This document shows positions 28,001-43,000 of a stretch of DNA of 64,000 nucleotides, one piece after another. How positions within the stretch are numbered: position 1 is the first letter of the stretch; each line of letters starts with the position of its first letter. The stretch is from Isurus oxyrinchus. Its lineage: Eukaryota. The notes below the pieces were generated by a model. The model was not told where the DNA came from, did not search any database, and saw only the letters and a list, made by a program, of their open reading frames with translations. The DNA is taken from the NCBI GenBank assembly GCA_026770705.1, contig JANJGN010000034.1, positions 7,130,001 through 7,194,000 of the forward strand, written 5' to 3'. The position numbers were made by a program, and so were the translations under genes.

Positions 28001-31000
28001 AAAATTGTGCATAACCTTTTGTAACTCTGGTTATGCCGCAGTTAACATTGTTTCATCCGGTTAGCAACATATATTCGGCAGGAGCAACTGATCATTAAGA
28101 GGTTGCTGAAGAGAATTGGCAGAATGGTTCCATGGATAAGTGAATTTAACGATCATGGAAGATTGGTGGACATGCGTCTCTTTTCCTTAGAGCATAAAAG
28201 GCTGAGAGGACTTCTGTAAGTTAATGTCAAGTTTAGGTAAGGGAGATAAAGAGATCCCATTCAGATACGCTTAAGTTACAGGCATGAGGAAGACACAATT
28301 TTCCAATATGTGCAAGGGTTGATTAGAAACGGTCAAAAGGCTCTAAAATATTTAGGAGAGGAAAACTCTATTTATGCTTCTTTAGTCTTTCTCGCTAATA
28401 GTTAAAAAAATCTAAATGGAATATGTTTCAAGCAGCTTCTAAACACTCCAGATTCTAAATCGGAATTATATAGCAGTATGAGGGATTAGCCTTTCCAGCG
28501 AAGTGTGACAATGTGAGGCAAATAGAAATTAATATCATGTGTGTATGTATTTATATCTATATATATATATATACAGATATATATATATATATCCCACCGA
28601 ATAAGGTAGAAATTTGGCTTGATGTTGTTTGCTCATATCGCAGGAATCGTGCTTTCGTTTGAGGCATCTGTTCGACGAAAAAACCTATGTTTGGTTTTCT
28701 TGAATTCAGGAGAAGACATTAGCCTGGTAAATAATGGAAAAATGTTTAACGCTGTGACTGGGAACGAATTTCAACTGCTTCATGCAGCACAAAGTATGCA
28801 CGTCAACGCAATGGTTACATAATACCATTTGGTAACAGCTGTACCTATGTTATTTTTTTAGGCATCCTTTTAGAAACTGGTGGTTGGAATGGTATGCCAT
28901 GCTAATACATTCCCAGCGGCCCCAATGGCCTATAAATGTTTATTTTCAACTAATTACATATGTTTAACATTTTACTTTCCTCTTTAACAGAAGAAACATA
29001 TAAAGCAAAAGAGCAAGGTGAACATTTGCCTACATCAAAGACTCAATGCTCTGCATGTTGCATTTGTTTCTTTGCATCATTGTGCCAAGAGATTTGCAAC
29101 GTATTTTATACAAATTATTCGCAGTATCAGCCGCTGCCTCATAGTATGAAATTATTCAATATGGTCGATATAAGTGAGGCATTTTCACTAGTGGTAATTC
29201 AAAAACGAGAGCGCCATGTATTTGACGATAGAATAGTCAAAGATGAATACAATAGTCAATCCAGACATTAAGTCTGGACCTGGATATTGGCAACAAAATG
29301 GACTTCTAGACGACATTGTAGACTTTATGCTGGATAGCAAAGATGAATTTAAGAAGATGCTAAATATTTTAAAGAAGGGAGAGGGAACAGGAGATTTTCC
29401 TGATGGTGGAAGTTGAAGCAGGGAAAGAGAATTTTTTTGAAACGTCACCAGTGATAGCGTCAAATTAGGTCCAATGATGTACTTCCAATTCTGTTCACCT
29501 TAAGGCCTTGTTTACCATGAGAAGTGTCTCATTGGATATATTACATCTCCACAACCAATCCCAAAATTTGCTCATAATAGAAAGAAGAAAGATGTGTAGT
29601 ATATAATGGAAGGACATTTGAATGACGCTGATTTTAGATTGTTGACTAAGGTAAATTTTAACTTCGTTATTAGCACATTTAGGAAATCTATAATTCCAGC
29701 TGAAAGACAAAAATTAGGACTTCAGCATAGCAGTTGTCAGCGAGCACGGGGGCATTTGAGGAACGGGACTTGCTGCGAATAAAGACACGGTAGCAGGGTT
29801 TTGGATGGTTAAAATAACAAAGATCGTAGGGAGTCATAAACAGACAGCTGTGTATTGCAGCAGTCAAATCTAGAGATAATGCAGGCATGGAGGAGGGTTT
29901 CAGCCTCAGAGGCCCTGAGATGCAAGTGAAGTCGAGGCTTGGACAGTCACGCCAAGGTCATGAAAAAACTGGATAAATCATGGACTGCTGCCAGGTAAAG
30001 GGATGTGTTGGGTACTTAGGGAAGAGAGCTTGCAAGGGGCACCAAAGTCTAGCGCTTCAGTCTTCGTAATATATATCTAGTGGAAATTCCTATTTAGCCA
30101 GTACTGGATTCTGAATCAGCAGTCTGACAATTTAAAGTAGTGGAGGATTTGAGAGAGCTGGTGAAGAGTTAGATGTGTGTGCCATCAGCGTGCATGTGAA
30201 AATTCATTGCGTGCCTTCATATGAATTTGCAAGGGGGGCAATTATTGATTGTTGAGTGCAACATTGGGTCCCGTGTTGCAGCAGGAAAATATGCCATTTG
30301 CCACTGATCCTCAAGCTGTACTTACATAGATAAAAATTGAAATTTATGGGAGTGGTTCCATCCAGCAATAGGAGAGTGGTATGTGCTGGAGTAGGGTGCT
30401 GGGTCAACCATGTCAAAGGTTTCAGACCGGTGGAGATGGGTGTTCATTGATTGTTTATCTTAGCCACAGACGCATGGTCTGCCTTTTGAAATTATGGTTG
30501 ACGCTGATTGAATATAGTAACAACGCTGTAAACCTGATCGGAGGGATTTGAACTTTTTTCATTGAAAATTGGGAACTAACTTGAAGGCGACGTCTCTTAA
30601 CTGGTGTTTCTAAAGGAAAGAGCGTTTGAAGATGGCGGTGGGTGGTTTACAATCGGTGAGTTATTAAGGTTTTGGAGGACTGGTGAGGACAGTGGATTTA
30701 AAGGAAAAAGGGAGAAAATATGAAGAGAGAAACCGTAAAAACATCAGCAAGCTTGCTGCCAAGAAGTGTAGATAGTTGGCCTGCTGAGCATCGAGGGAAA
30801 GGGATATGGGTGCCGTTGATCAGGCAAGTTTGAAGAGTGAATGGACAGTTATTGGTGTGAAAGTAGAGAAACTTGCGAGTTCAAGGCTGGGGCAAGGAGG
30901 GGAATAGAAGGTAATTTAGCGAGGTGGACAAGAAAAGAGAAATATGTAGCAGAAGCAGCTGGCCATAGTGTTTCGATCTTAGTGACAAAGATATCCATCA

Positions 31001-34000
31001 GAGCCTTGCAGTTTTTGTTGGGGGGTGAGGGTCGAAGGGACAGGAGGGAGGGATTTAAGTAGACTTAAAGGTGAGAATTACATTACAGGATGATCCAGTA
31101 ATTCTGAGCGGTGGTGACTGCAATATCGAAGACGTCCAAGAGACCCCTAAAACTCCAGAGTAGGCTCACAGAAGCTCACCTCGTTTAACTTTATTACTAG
31201 AGGGATATAACTGAAAAACCGGAAGTTGATGTCACAATTTTCAAGGATGTGAGTCGCTGTGGTAATGCCTGAAAAATGAAATATTAAGTGACATGTAATA
31301 TGGAGGTTCTCCAATTTAGTGAACAATGTGAAGTCATACCAACGGGAAAAATATCGGACATATCGGCCTTCAGAGGTCTGAACATGCAAAGGGAAGAGTT
31401 AGATATTTTCCAGTGAAAATTAAGTGGCCATTTATTTTCTATTGACTTTGCAGAGCTAAAGGATTGTCAAGATATTCTTAAAGATTTCGGTGAATAAAGC
31501 ACTTTAATTGCATAATTACATTTTCATGTATCCACTTGTATTAGAGACAAACAATGCTTCAAAGAACATGCGAAATCTCCGAGTGAAATACAAGTCCCTA
31601 AGTGTGCTTTTTTGAGATATTGAATGTTTTGTTAGCACAACAAATGCGGAAATGTATGAGGCACCGTGGGGAAAGGGTTCAGTAGTTCCTTGTCACTACA
31701 GTCCAGCAAGTAATTAGCTCATGATTTGGTAAACGTTTCACTAATATAAATCCTGATCTGGCAGAAGTGCCACTTGGGCAAGAGCACAAAATGTAAATCA
31801 GCCAGAGGGACCCTCTTTGACTGAAAAGAAGGCAGAAAGAAGGAGCCAAATACAAGCTAGTTAGCCCATAGTATGTCATTGGGAAAATGCTGGAATCCAT
31901 TAATAAGTAGCTACTAGCATCGTATCGAGAACATTACAATCCATTCAAGTGGAAGCATCATTTTTATTTCTCTCAAAAGGAAATCATGTTTAACAAATTA
32001 ATTAGTGTTCTTGTCGGATATAACAATCGTGGTTCGCAAAGGAAATCCAGCATCATCCTTGCCAATAAATAACACATCCATTAAGGTACCATAGAAAATG
32101 TAACAATAAATAATAAGAGTTTATGCCGCTGTGGAAAATGAAAACCATGCTCATGAGATTGGTAACGTAATTGAAAACAAAGAATCTGGGTAAACGTGTC
32201 ATTTTCTGGTTGGAACATTTTATCAGGTGGGATCAATAATAGCCATTCAACAATTAATATATATACAACTTTGGAAAGAGGAGGTCGAATGCATGTTTGC
32301 CAAAGTTGCAAGCGCTTGCGAAGGTGGGAAGGGAAGCAAGTTCCGAGGAGGACACTTCTGGTCTGAAAATCAATGAAGATAGTTTAAATGAATAATCAAA
32401 AAGAATAGCAGATGGACTGTCATGTGGAAAAATGTGAATTCGTACAGGAGGAAAATACGAGCAGATTTTTAATGATTGGAAAAAATATCTGAATACAGCA
32501 TGCTGCAAGATTGGTGTATCCTTGTTCATGAATCAAAAATTAAGATAGCACGAATGTAAAGCACGAAGTTGGCAGGAAAGCAGACTTTGAGCTCGACTGT
32601 ACAGGAGATGGCGCTTAAAAGAAGGGAATTAGTTTTCCCAATACCCAGGGTGGGACGTCATCTGCAGTTTTGCAAACGGCTACCATTCCTTAATTTGATG
32701 GGTGAATGAGGTCGGTGTGAGGGGTAGGAGTGAGGAGTCGTTGAATATGCAGCCACTGAAGCACTTTGTGAATGTCCAATCGGTTGACTTAGTGGATTTA
32801 CTCTGACAAGTAAAGTTTGAGAAGATTGCTCCTACATTCATTTCGGCTTCGCAGAATTAGTGGCGATCTTACTGAACCATATATGATTCTCACAGGGCAG
32901 ATGCTAATATATTTCATCCTCTCGAAGGGGAATCAAAAGCTAGCAGACTCAGTTTCAAAATAAGGCATCTTCCAGTTAAGACAGAGTTTTTCCTTCATTG
33001 AGTCATTAATATTGCAAGTCACAACTGTAGTGGACAGTCTAGGCTGTGTCATCGAATATTTTATAAGAATGCATCTTAACCTACGAGGCAATTAATTCTC
33101 ATTGGGATGATAATCATGTGAAAACAAAAAAGAACTGCTGAGATTTGGGATCAGAAATGAAACAGAAAATGCTGGTAAAATGTAGCCGGTCTGGCAGCAT
33201 CTGTGGAGAGAGAAAGGGAGATTAACTTTCCGAGTCCATACAGCTCTTCTTCACAGCTGGTTCTGGGGTTAATGCAGGGAAGTGGGTTTAAGGCACTACC
33301 AGCTTAGTTATATTCTTGTGGAATGTTAGAGGGGCCAATTGGCCTAATTCTGCTATATTTTCTTATGTTTTGGCGTTGTTATGTGGCGACATAACTATGT
33401 GTCCTTTATCAAAACTGCACATAGCCAAAGTCTGTACCAGCTCCATTGGGTTGAGAATTATAAATATCTGGTGGTAATCACAAGTATCGCAGAGTTTTAC
33501 TCGTTTATCCAGACTGCTGAACACATTGTTTTCTTTTGGGAAAAAAGCACAATAAATTAAGGGTAAAGACCTTAAAGTTTACTCGTTTGTACATCAATAA
33601 CGGAAGTGACCAGTCAATGATCAACAGTAAAAAATGAGTGAGTTGTTGTCTTTGCGATGTGATGTCTGATACCGAATTGCAGATCGTTTTTTTTATGCTC
33701 AGTGACATTCTACATCCTGTAACTTTTCTATTGCTTATATTTCCTTTACCTATTCACAGAAAATGTAAAGAAGGGTAGGTATATGTATGTTACAGAGACT
33801 TAACTTGTAAAGCAAGATAAATAAGTTGCACTAAAAATTCATCCCTGGTGGAATCGGCCCAATACCCCGTCGAACAGCTTGCCTGATGTCCAAGATAGAG
33901 TTATTTCCCCTTTTTTCACCTCCCCATCTGTGTAACCTTCCACAGCTCAAAAAAACTTTTTAATCCACCTATTTTGCTTTGTTAATTCCCTATTTAGAAC

Positions 34001-37000
34001 TTTCCCAGTCCCCACCTCTACACGTTTAAGACATTCCCTAAAAAATGTGCCTCAAAGTGATCAGCCTTGATACCTTTTATAATATCTCTCAACCTGTTCG
34101 TTATGTTTCTGATATTATTTGTCCCATGTCGATGTATGCTTCCGCCTTCTTTGGCATTTTGTGTTTTGTAAAAGTATATTAAACTCTTCTGCCAAATCCG
34201 AGGAAGTCTCATATCGCCTGAAGGTCCCCAGAAGACTTTGGAGTCGAGTGAACATGCGCCTGGATGTGACCTGTTCGAAAAGCGTACCTTTTTAAGAGAA
34301 CCTGGAAGGCAGATTAAACATACACCTGTTGGACTTAAATACGCATGTTGTTTCTCTCCACCTTCCAGAGCTAGGCACCTGCCAAAATACGCTAAAAGAT
34401 TTAGGTGAGCCAATCACTTTTGATGCCTGCTGAATTTCCAGACCATTTGCTTTACTCCTAAATCAACCAAAGCTCCAAGTGTTTCTAAAGCACAACGGAG
34501 AAAGAAAGATCCTGGGGCATTAATGCGTTTTTATTAATAGATGGTGAACTTTAAAGTAATGACGGGTTTGTTATGTATGGAGAGCTGAACTGTCAGTCAA
34601 AGTGTTTTCGTGCAAAGCTCGATCAGAATCTTGGCAAGTGATTTATGGATTTTTTATTGTTCAGAATCATTCACGTAGATCATATTATGGATAAAACATG
34701 GCCTGCTTTGTAGCACCATTTGCTAGGATTCAATTGACAGACTGATGTAGGGTCACTTGTGCATTCAGTTCCACTGACTACAATGGAATTAAATACTTAG
34801 GGTGGGTATATAACCTTCGCTCTCTACGAAATTGCACATTTTGCCTGGCTACGCAAACTTGAAATTCATCATGTAGGGATTGATTAATGTGATTGAATTT
34901 ACCCATATGATACTCACCGTCACATATCACAAATTTTAAATGTTGTTGGCTTCAAGGTTAAAAAAAAGACCTGGACCTTTTTCACGGGAAGGACGATGAA
35001 AGAGATTATGTGACCTTCGGAATGTGGCTTTTTTTCCGTTATCTCCTTGCTCCATGGTGTTCATTTCCCCTCAATAGTGCCACTGTGAGGTAAAGAGCAA
35101 AGCTTCACTATTCATTCTTGTTTGCGCAATAAGATCGAAAGCAAGGTGCCAGCTAGCAGCGAATAAATGGCTGTTGTCAACTTTCCATGAGCCATTCCAA
35201 AAAATTTTCACTATGTTCCATGTACTCAAGGAGTTATTTTTGGCTTGCACTGTCGGCCGCATGCAGAATTCCTTGATTTTCAGTGATAACCTTTCCACGG
35301 TAGGTCATGCCCACGTTCATTTGATTATTTATACTTGATTTGTTTCATAGATAAATTAAAAAAAGGTAAGTGGAAATATACTCTAGCATCTGACCACTTA
35401 AATGGATAAAAAGAAAGTGGAAGAAAGATGGATTCTCAGTGATTAAACATTCCAATTTAATGTAACAATTAAATTGTCATTATTATATCTAAATCCTTCT
35501 GTGCCCTCCCCCTTCCATATTGCCTTGAGAATCCTCTGGCCTGAAAACTGGCTGCAAGTTCTGTGTTCACAACACGCTGTTCTCTTTCGGATCGCAGTGT
35601 TCCTTCACCTTACCAATGGCGTGTTCTGCCTTCTGCAATACTTCCCAAGGCCCCAAAGCATGTTTGCTAAACTTTGCGCCTAAAAATCTCCTTCCACCTT
35701 TAACATTCACATATTTCCTAGCCGGTTTCCAAAGTCCAGATCTCGTCCTCACCCCGGAGTCTGTCCAATAATTAAAGTTTTGTTCAAAACATGGTGAAAT
35801 GAAGTGAGGTTCCTTACGCCCTGTGGCACTTTGATTACCAAGATGGCCTGTTAGGAACCTTAGAAATACTCAGCAGACGATGCTCTGGCTTACATGTCCT
35901 CAGAACAAGCTAGGGAATACATGGCATCTTAAACAACCCAATGGCTGTTCTGGCGAACGAAGGCTGCAGCAGAACCAAACCTCCAATCATTTTAGTTTTC
36001 TGTCTTTGGGACCGAGGTGTCGTTCTCTGAAGACAGGCGTGGAAGTTGGTGTGCAACGGTTTGTCCATCCTATTTTTTTTTTCTTTCCAAGCACATCTAC
36101 CATGTCATCAGGTGTCCAGCGAATGCTGGAGGGAGCATTGTTGAAATATGCCGGACCACTTTTGGTCAATTGAGAAAGTGAGCATTCGAAGGTCGCAACA
36201 CCAAAACTGACAGGAAGCTCATGATTTGTTACTTGTCCCTAATTCCCACCTTACTCAATGGGGCTGCATTATTGAAAATGTACAGGTGGCACCTCAAGGG
36301 CTTTGGCTCATACAGTTAACACTGGCTGCGAAAGAAATTCCATATTGAGTGGGAGGGCGGACAGTCGAACACTAGTGTCCCCTTACAAGCAGGCAACATA
36401 AGCTTTGGGTCTATGCTCATGTGTGATCAGCTTCGGCGCGTTGGCACATAGTTCGGCTGTCAGGTATCAGGCTCACAATGCAGGTATTGTTCTCCAAGAT
36501 TAGCCAAGACAGACGCACCAGAGGAGGGCAGAGGAAGCTCTTAAGGGATGTGCTGAAAAGCAACAAGAACGAAATGAATTATTCAATTCAACACCTCGGT
36601 GGACACCGTTTATGGCTTAAGCCAAATGGCACCAGGACCTAGAGGAAAGATCCCAGCAATTTGAGTCCGAACAACTATGAAATGATTAGGAATAACAAGA
36701 ATGGCCAAAGGAAAGCAGCAAGAGCCGAATTAATGATACACGAACTGACATGCAAAAAGCTTTGAAATGCCTTGGGTGCATGAAGTCTGCAGGTCCCGAA
36801 TCTGCCTCTTCAGCTATTTCAGGCTCATGGAAGACAATCGTCCTCGCTAGCAATGCGTAGCCAGTAATAACAGTATCAGCAAGCAATCAAACACGTGTCC
36901 CGATGTGGCCTCATGTTGCTTCAGCTCCAGTTTTGTTGAAACTGTTTCCGTGGAAACAAATTTCGTGTTTTCCTAATAAAGTCACTATATGCATACAAAT

Positions 37001-40000
37001 TTTCCTTTCCAGTCAACAGTCTCCTTTCAATCTCTACCAGCAAGGTTCTGCTGCCAAATCTGAGGGAACAGTTGCTTGCGGGATTATGACTTGGGGGTTC
37101 TTACAGTACAGTTAACCATGTAGTAGAATACCATGATTCCCGAACAAAAAGAAAACATTTGTAACTTAATCAAAGAATATGGCTTGTCATAGATCAGTTA
37201 CAGCAAAGAAAGAGGCCATCCAGCTCTTCGCATTGGAGGCGGGTGTCTGGGTCAGTATCTCGGTGTTCCCATGCTCCCGACCTTCACCTGCAGCGCTGCC
37301 ACTTGCTTGTTAATCAAAGAATTACCAAGCTCCCTATTAAATACCACGATTTTTCACTTCGCCGAGCTCATTTTTAGGCATTGCTTTTCAGAACATTTTG
37401 ATGCGCTGCACATTTATTTTTCCCCATTTCCCCTTTTGTTTCATTTCAGTCGATGTTAAATCAATGTCTTCCGGTTCTTGACCATTCCAAATGGGAACAG
37501 TCGATACCTGTCTAATATGTCCAGGCCCCGTCGTGAATTTGAAATGCTCCATCACATCTCATTTCAAACATATTGTATCTATGTACAACCACTCTAACCT
37601 CTCCAATCTTTCCACCTAGAAGAAACAATCGTCTCTGGAAACATGACCATGAACACAACGTCTACCCTCTCTAACGCTTTCATTTCTCCCTAAACTATGG
37701 TGACCAAAATATTTCCAAGTTGAAATCGAACTAGCGGTTAAACAGGTTTACCATATCTTGCTTTCTTTCTTGCCTCATCATCTATTTATGGAGCCGAGGA
37801 TTTCATCTGGCTTAGTGACAGTGTTTTCAATCTGCCCTGCATCTTGAAACCATTTGTGCTCTTCTACTAGCAAACCCCATCAGCATTGTCAATCCCCTTT
37901 GGAGTGCTACCACAAGTTGTTCATTACCCCTTCCTACCAAGATGCATCACTTCATGACTCTCACTATTAATTTCAACTGCAATAGTTCCTCCCATCCCAC
38001 CATTCCATCTGCATCCGTTTGATATATTTCACCATCTTCCTGGTTATTCATACCCCTGTAAAATCTGAAAAATTTGATGTTTTGCCTTGGACGCTCAGGT
38101 CTAGGTCCCTGATGCATACTATGTAGAGAGATTGAAAGGGGGAAACTGCGTAATTTTGTAGACACTTCAGTGTGGATCATTCATTTTATGAATTACAGAG
38201 CTAAGCAATTGTCATCAAGCTGTAAAAGGCCTAGGTGAGCAAAATATTCCCAAAGTCGCTTTAGATTAACATGCCTTATTATTTTGAATCATTACGCAAA
38301 TAATTTTATGTTCGTTAAAAAGTGAAGTTATCAATTCATGCGCACGTTGTTTAGCGATAGGCCCACATTCGCTTCTGCTGATTTCAATAAAATATAATAC
38401 TGGGCAGAAAGCAAAACAGGCCAACCATCCGATAGTGGGCAGGATGAATTTCCAATGCTCCATGCGTCATGATTATTGGTGTTTTTTGTCTCAACTGTTA
38501 CAGAATCCTGCACACTTTGTTTTTAACTTTATCGATTTGGCACCAAGTTGGCAAAGTGTTCAAACCAATAAAGAAACTCCACGCACTTGTGAAAAATGTT
38601 TTTTAATCCTACAATTTTCGGTTTGTTTATGTAATACCGAACAGAAGAAACACTGACTGCAAAAGGAATAGGTACCTCATCTGACATTTTTTTCTTCAAA
38701 AACTCAGAGATTGACAATGGCTGACTGCGTCTTTATATGATTTGTTTTGTTTTCGTATGAATGTTTTATGTGTTTTTTTTCTTATTGAGCAGATTGCTGG
38801 AATGTACCATAAGGGGTGTCAGCAGAAGAATCCTATACGTTGTCTCCATAGTTTCGAGTTAGGAGGGCATATTTTTGAATGCTGTGTCACACAAAGTTGG
38901 AAGACAATAAATAGCATGTAAACTAATGAACTGAATAAGGAATTCACTTAATGCTCCTTTAAACAAGGTAGTGGTAACACCGAAGTACTCGCTAGCACAG
39001 TGAAGTTAGAAATAAAACGTCTGCGGTGGTCATGAATGACACGTTTGCTGATAGAGTTTATGAAGGAGTTCCTGTGACGCCTTTGTGGAGTCACAACTTT
39101 CAGCCAGAAGCTTCGCGTTCAAGTCTCACTTCAGGACTTGCTGGCTGTTGAAGCTGTTTTTGTAAGGTGGCCAGCTGTATTGGGAACCAACTTGTAAAAC
39201 CTTCCAATGTGCCTGGCAGCAGGTGCTAAGAACGGGGCAGATGCTGGCCAGTGAGACAGCAGAAAGCAACGTCAAATGACTGTGGTACTTTATCAAACAT
39301 AATCATCTCCAAATCCAATGGAAATCTATGATCACCAACACCCTCTGAGTACATTTACCTGGAAAAGCAGGAATGAAATAATTTATGTTGTAAGTTGCTC
39401 TGGTGGACTTTAGGCTTAGGCATGGGACACTTGATTGGAAGGACAGATATTTGCTCCAATTTATATGGATCGGACTACCCTCTCGGTACCGAATTCATTA
39501 GATTTAAATCTTTTTTTGAAATGTAAATCACTCCAAATTGGTAAGGCAAAGTGACGGAATGCCCTCTATAGTTGATCAGTGAGGTGCCTAACCAGGTTGA
39601 AGCACCATGTATCTACCTAAATAATATAATTGAACTATCGTTAACGGGAAAAACTTGGCAAATTCCCGCAGATAAAGAAAATCTGCAAAAGCATTTGGTT
39701 TCATGGTTGTGGAAGTTGAATTGCAAACACAAGCATGGTGCGTGTTACTAATTGAAAGTTAGCGCGTCAGAAAAAGTGGCATTATGCAATGTTTTTTTTT
39801 AACATGCATAATATGCAAGCAAAATACCCTAAAGCATGCCAGACAACTATTGGATAAATGTCTGTGGAGATTCAATGTGATGTCTCTGTATGTTACTGCC
39901 CAACCTGTACTCAAGTAATGTGACCGATGCCAGCCTCACGCCTACTGCTACTGCAACTCCAGCACTCTGCTGCTCGTTAAAATGCAGTACCAAATGGCGG

Positions 40001-43000
40001 TACAAATTAGACCAGGTATTTGTATGAATATGATGCAAGGATCAGCTGAGGTAAATATTCTGCCGGTATTTATGGGGAGTTTAAGTAGGCGCTTCAGAAG
40101 GAAGCGAGCGGAAGTACATATGGGTAATATGAGATGCAGTGTGTTGAAGCATGGATCACATGGATGGACATAATGGACTTTTTGAATACCTTGACCTGTA
40201 CTGTAAATTCTGTATAGTAAGTCGGGAGGGTGGGTGGGAGGGAGAGGGGGAAATGTGCTGAAATTGAAATAATGATGAAACTCTCAAATCTCACTATTCT
40301 AGAGATTCTATTGTGCCAAGAGGCTTTAGAGGATTCAGGTGGGAAATATATTTGATATTTGTGTAAAATACCCGCTGCACAAAATATTCCTGGAATTCCT
40401 AGCCCACACGTAGAACACAGAAATGTTGATCAGTATTATTACATATACAGATGTAAACTTTACCTGCATCATATACTTACCCAGCATAGAAAAAGGCCAA
40501 CCCTTCACCTTGCCTGTATTGCATCTCTCTCCCTTTCTCTCTCTCTCTTTCTGAATAGCTCCGTTCCAGAAATCTTTTCCAACAACCTTGCAAATGCGTG
40601 TTCTGCACAACAATACTTGTTCTTGGGTTACTCCCCGCCAACCCCTTCTGCTCCACCGTATGATTTGTCTATCAGTAACCATGAATCTGTATTTCTTTGT
40701 TGCTGGTCGACCAGGACGTGGGAGCCATTTACTGTTATTTAATTTCCTAAGAAAGATGGTCGCATCATATTGGGCAACATTATCATAGGGTCCATTAATC
40801 TTCTTGCCGTGATCAGAAAAGTCGCAGCTCCCCTTCGCTGTCAATATAACTGATGCCCCTGGTACTGTTGATTAAATCTTCCCTGTGCTCCCAACACGAT
40901 TTGTGAATCATTGCAAAGCGTGGTGTGTCAAATTTGAATACAATATCCTAAAGTGGCGCATATAATGCAACAAACATTGAGATGCTGCACTGAGTGTCGA
41001 CGTATTGGTTAGATACATACATTCAGCAGTGAGTTCTGCGTCAATTATTGATCCGGACTAATGAGTGGCACTGTTAGCTGAGCTGGGCATGGAAAGGTCG
41101 GTCATTGCGATAGGGTCAGTTTCACGCTGCAGTCCATGATCATTATTTGCCACTATATGTAACATGATCTACATTATTGTATTGTTGCAGAGTTATGTAC
41201 TCAGCAGTATGCTTGACATAGCAACACGTTAAAAATTTCAATCCACCTGCAAACTTGTGCCATATTATATAAAACGTCAACTGTTTCAATGATTCCACAG
41301 TCCTGCTATTAACGTCATGCCTTGACAGAAACAAAGCTGCAAGGCAAAGAAAAAGGTAGGCAGTTTAAGGGATCACTGTTTTAAAAAGACATATATTAAC
41401 GTTTTAGGAACATACCTATGCATCTTTAATTTCATGATTAACTTCACTGAAATAGCATTTAGCGTTGTTAACCGGAAGATCGGCTGAATTTGGTAATGGG
41501 GCATATGTGGAGAAAATCTTTCAGCTTGAGATCACAGTCAAAATAGAGAGGCAGTTATATTGATGTTTAACATTAATCCAAACTGACACTCAGGAAGAAA
41601 ATATTGATCCAGAGAACGACAACAATGTGGTATTCGTTGCTGCCTTATCCTTTGTTATATGGAATTTCATTGCAGTTTTTTATGGCAAAGGACAGTCATC
41701 CACTGACACCCCACGAATGTTCAATCGACCTGATTATCACAGAGTAAATGCCGTGTCGTCCCATAGAAAATTTTACTTCAGCATTGTCAACTCCAGATTA
41801 ATAGTCCCCGTGCATTGTTAAGTAAGTTTATCTCGTGCTTGCAGTCTGGTTTAAAGACTTTTAGTTCGACAAAGAAACGATGCCTTCCCTTGCAGACTCA
41901 TTCATGCTTTGGGTCATGACTTCGGAAGGATACACTAAACATCCAGACAGTGTTCTTTCAGGTGGTTTGCAGTTGTTTCATGGGTCATGGGTGATTGAAA
42001 TTGCTCGGTCCTCTTCCCTGCCAGTCAACGAGCTGAATTGCGTGCGAGGTTTAAGGAATGCTGTGTAGCAAACGCTGCACAGTTCATGCACTAAATAACA
42101 AATTAGGCTGATCATTCTTAACAGAATGCTAAAGCGGAGTCTGTCAAATCAGCATATAGAACCTATTTAAATAACATCTACACGCACAAAAACATAGTGC
42201 CTAGTTAACCAAAGGCACTATGAATTACACCGAAACATTTCTAGGTTAACGTGGAGTTTAAGTTCTCCAGCAAAGAAAATTCAGGAATGAAAGCATGCCA
42301 ATGTCCCTTGTGAAAAGCAAAAGTTCGTCACCAATAAAATGCAGTTAGTGGAGGAGAATCAAATAATTCCAGCTGCATTCACCTATTCTAGCGCAGTCTC
42401 TAACAACAGTGTCGGTTCCAGACACGATTGTTAAGAGGAGTACCGGGCCAGTTTGATTGCTCTCGGGGAATATTCAGATACTAAATGGAGCTCTGCTGTA
42501 ATCTGGACGAGCAAATGTAACTGATAACCTTGACAATGTCATGATCCTTATAAACCAGTTGCTTTCTTTCAATCTTAGAATTGAATGACTTTCAGCAGAA
42601 GTGCAGTGAGTATTCCATGAGCCAACAGTCACCAAGGTGTGGATTTCCCAATTCATTATAACGCCTATACTGCATAAAGAACATATCCGTAGAGAAAACT
42701 TGTGCCTTGGGGGATAAAAATATATTCGAGTAAGCGTATTAAAGCACATCCCCCAGGCATGAGGAGAAAATGTCTGAAAGGAAATTGCGGTGTCACTTTC
42801 TTCCCTAAAGCTGCAACAAATATTTTGTCCTTGCAGCTTCCAGCTTTTTAGTTGTGAGATAGTAGACAGAACTTCCGCTCTGTGCTCAGAAGATTGTTAA
42901 GTCAAGTCCAGAGTTAGAGATTGAGCACTGGCGCAGATGCTGATACGTTGGTACAGCCCTCAGGCGGCAATGTATTGCAGAAAGTGCTGCGTAGCCGTTT

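Larger units (their letters stand above)
19554..42014 (+). repeat. Downstream copy of the ~22.5-kb tandem duplication
   Basis: Begins with sequence paralogous to 13847 (ctagtgcccc), directly after sequence paralogous to ~41990-42014. Confidence 0.85.

Noticed and set aside
19554-42014. Duplication as a haplotype mis-assembly artefact
   Set aside because: The copies differ by many substitutions, indels and private insertions, far more than expected between alleles.
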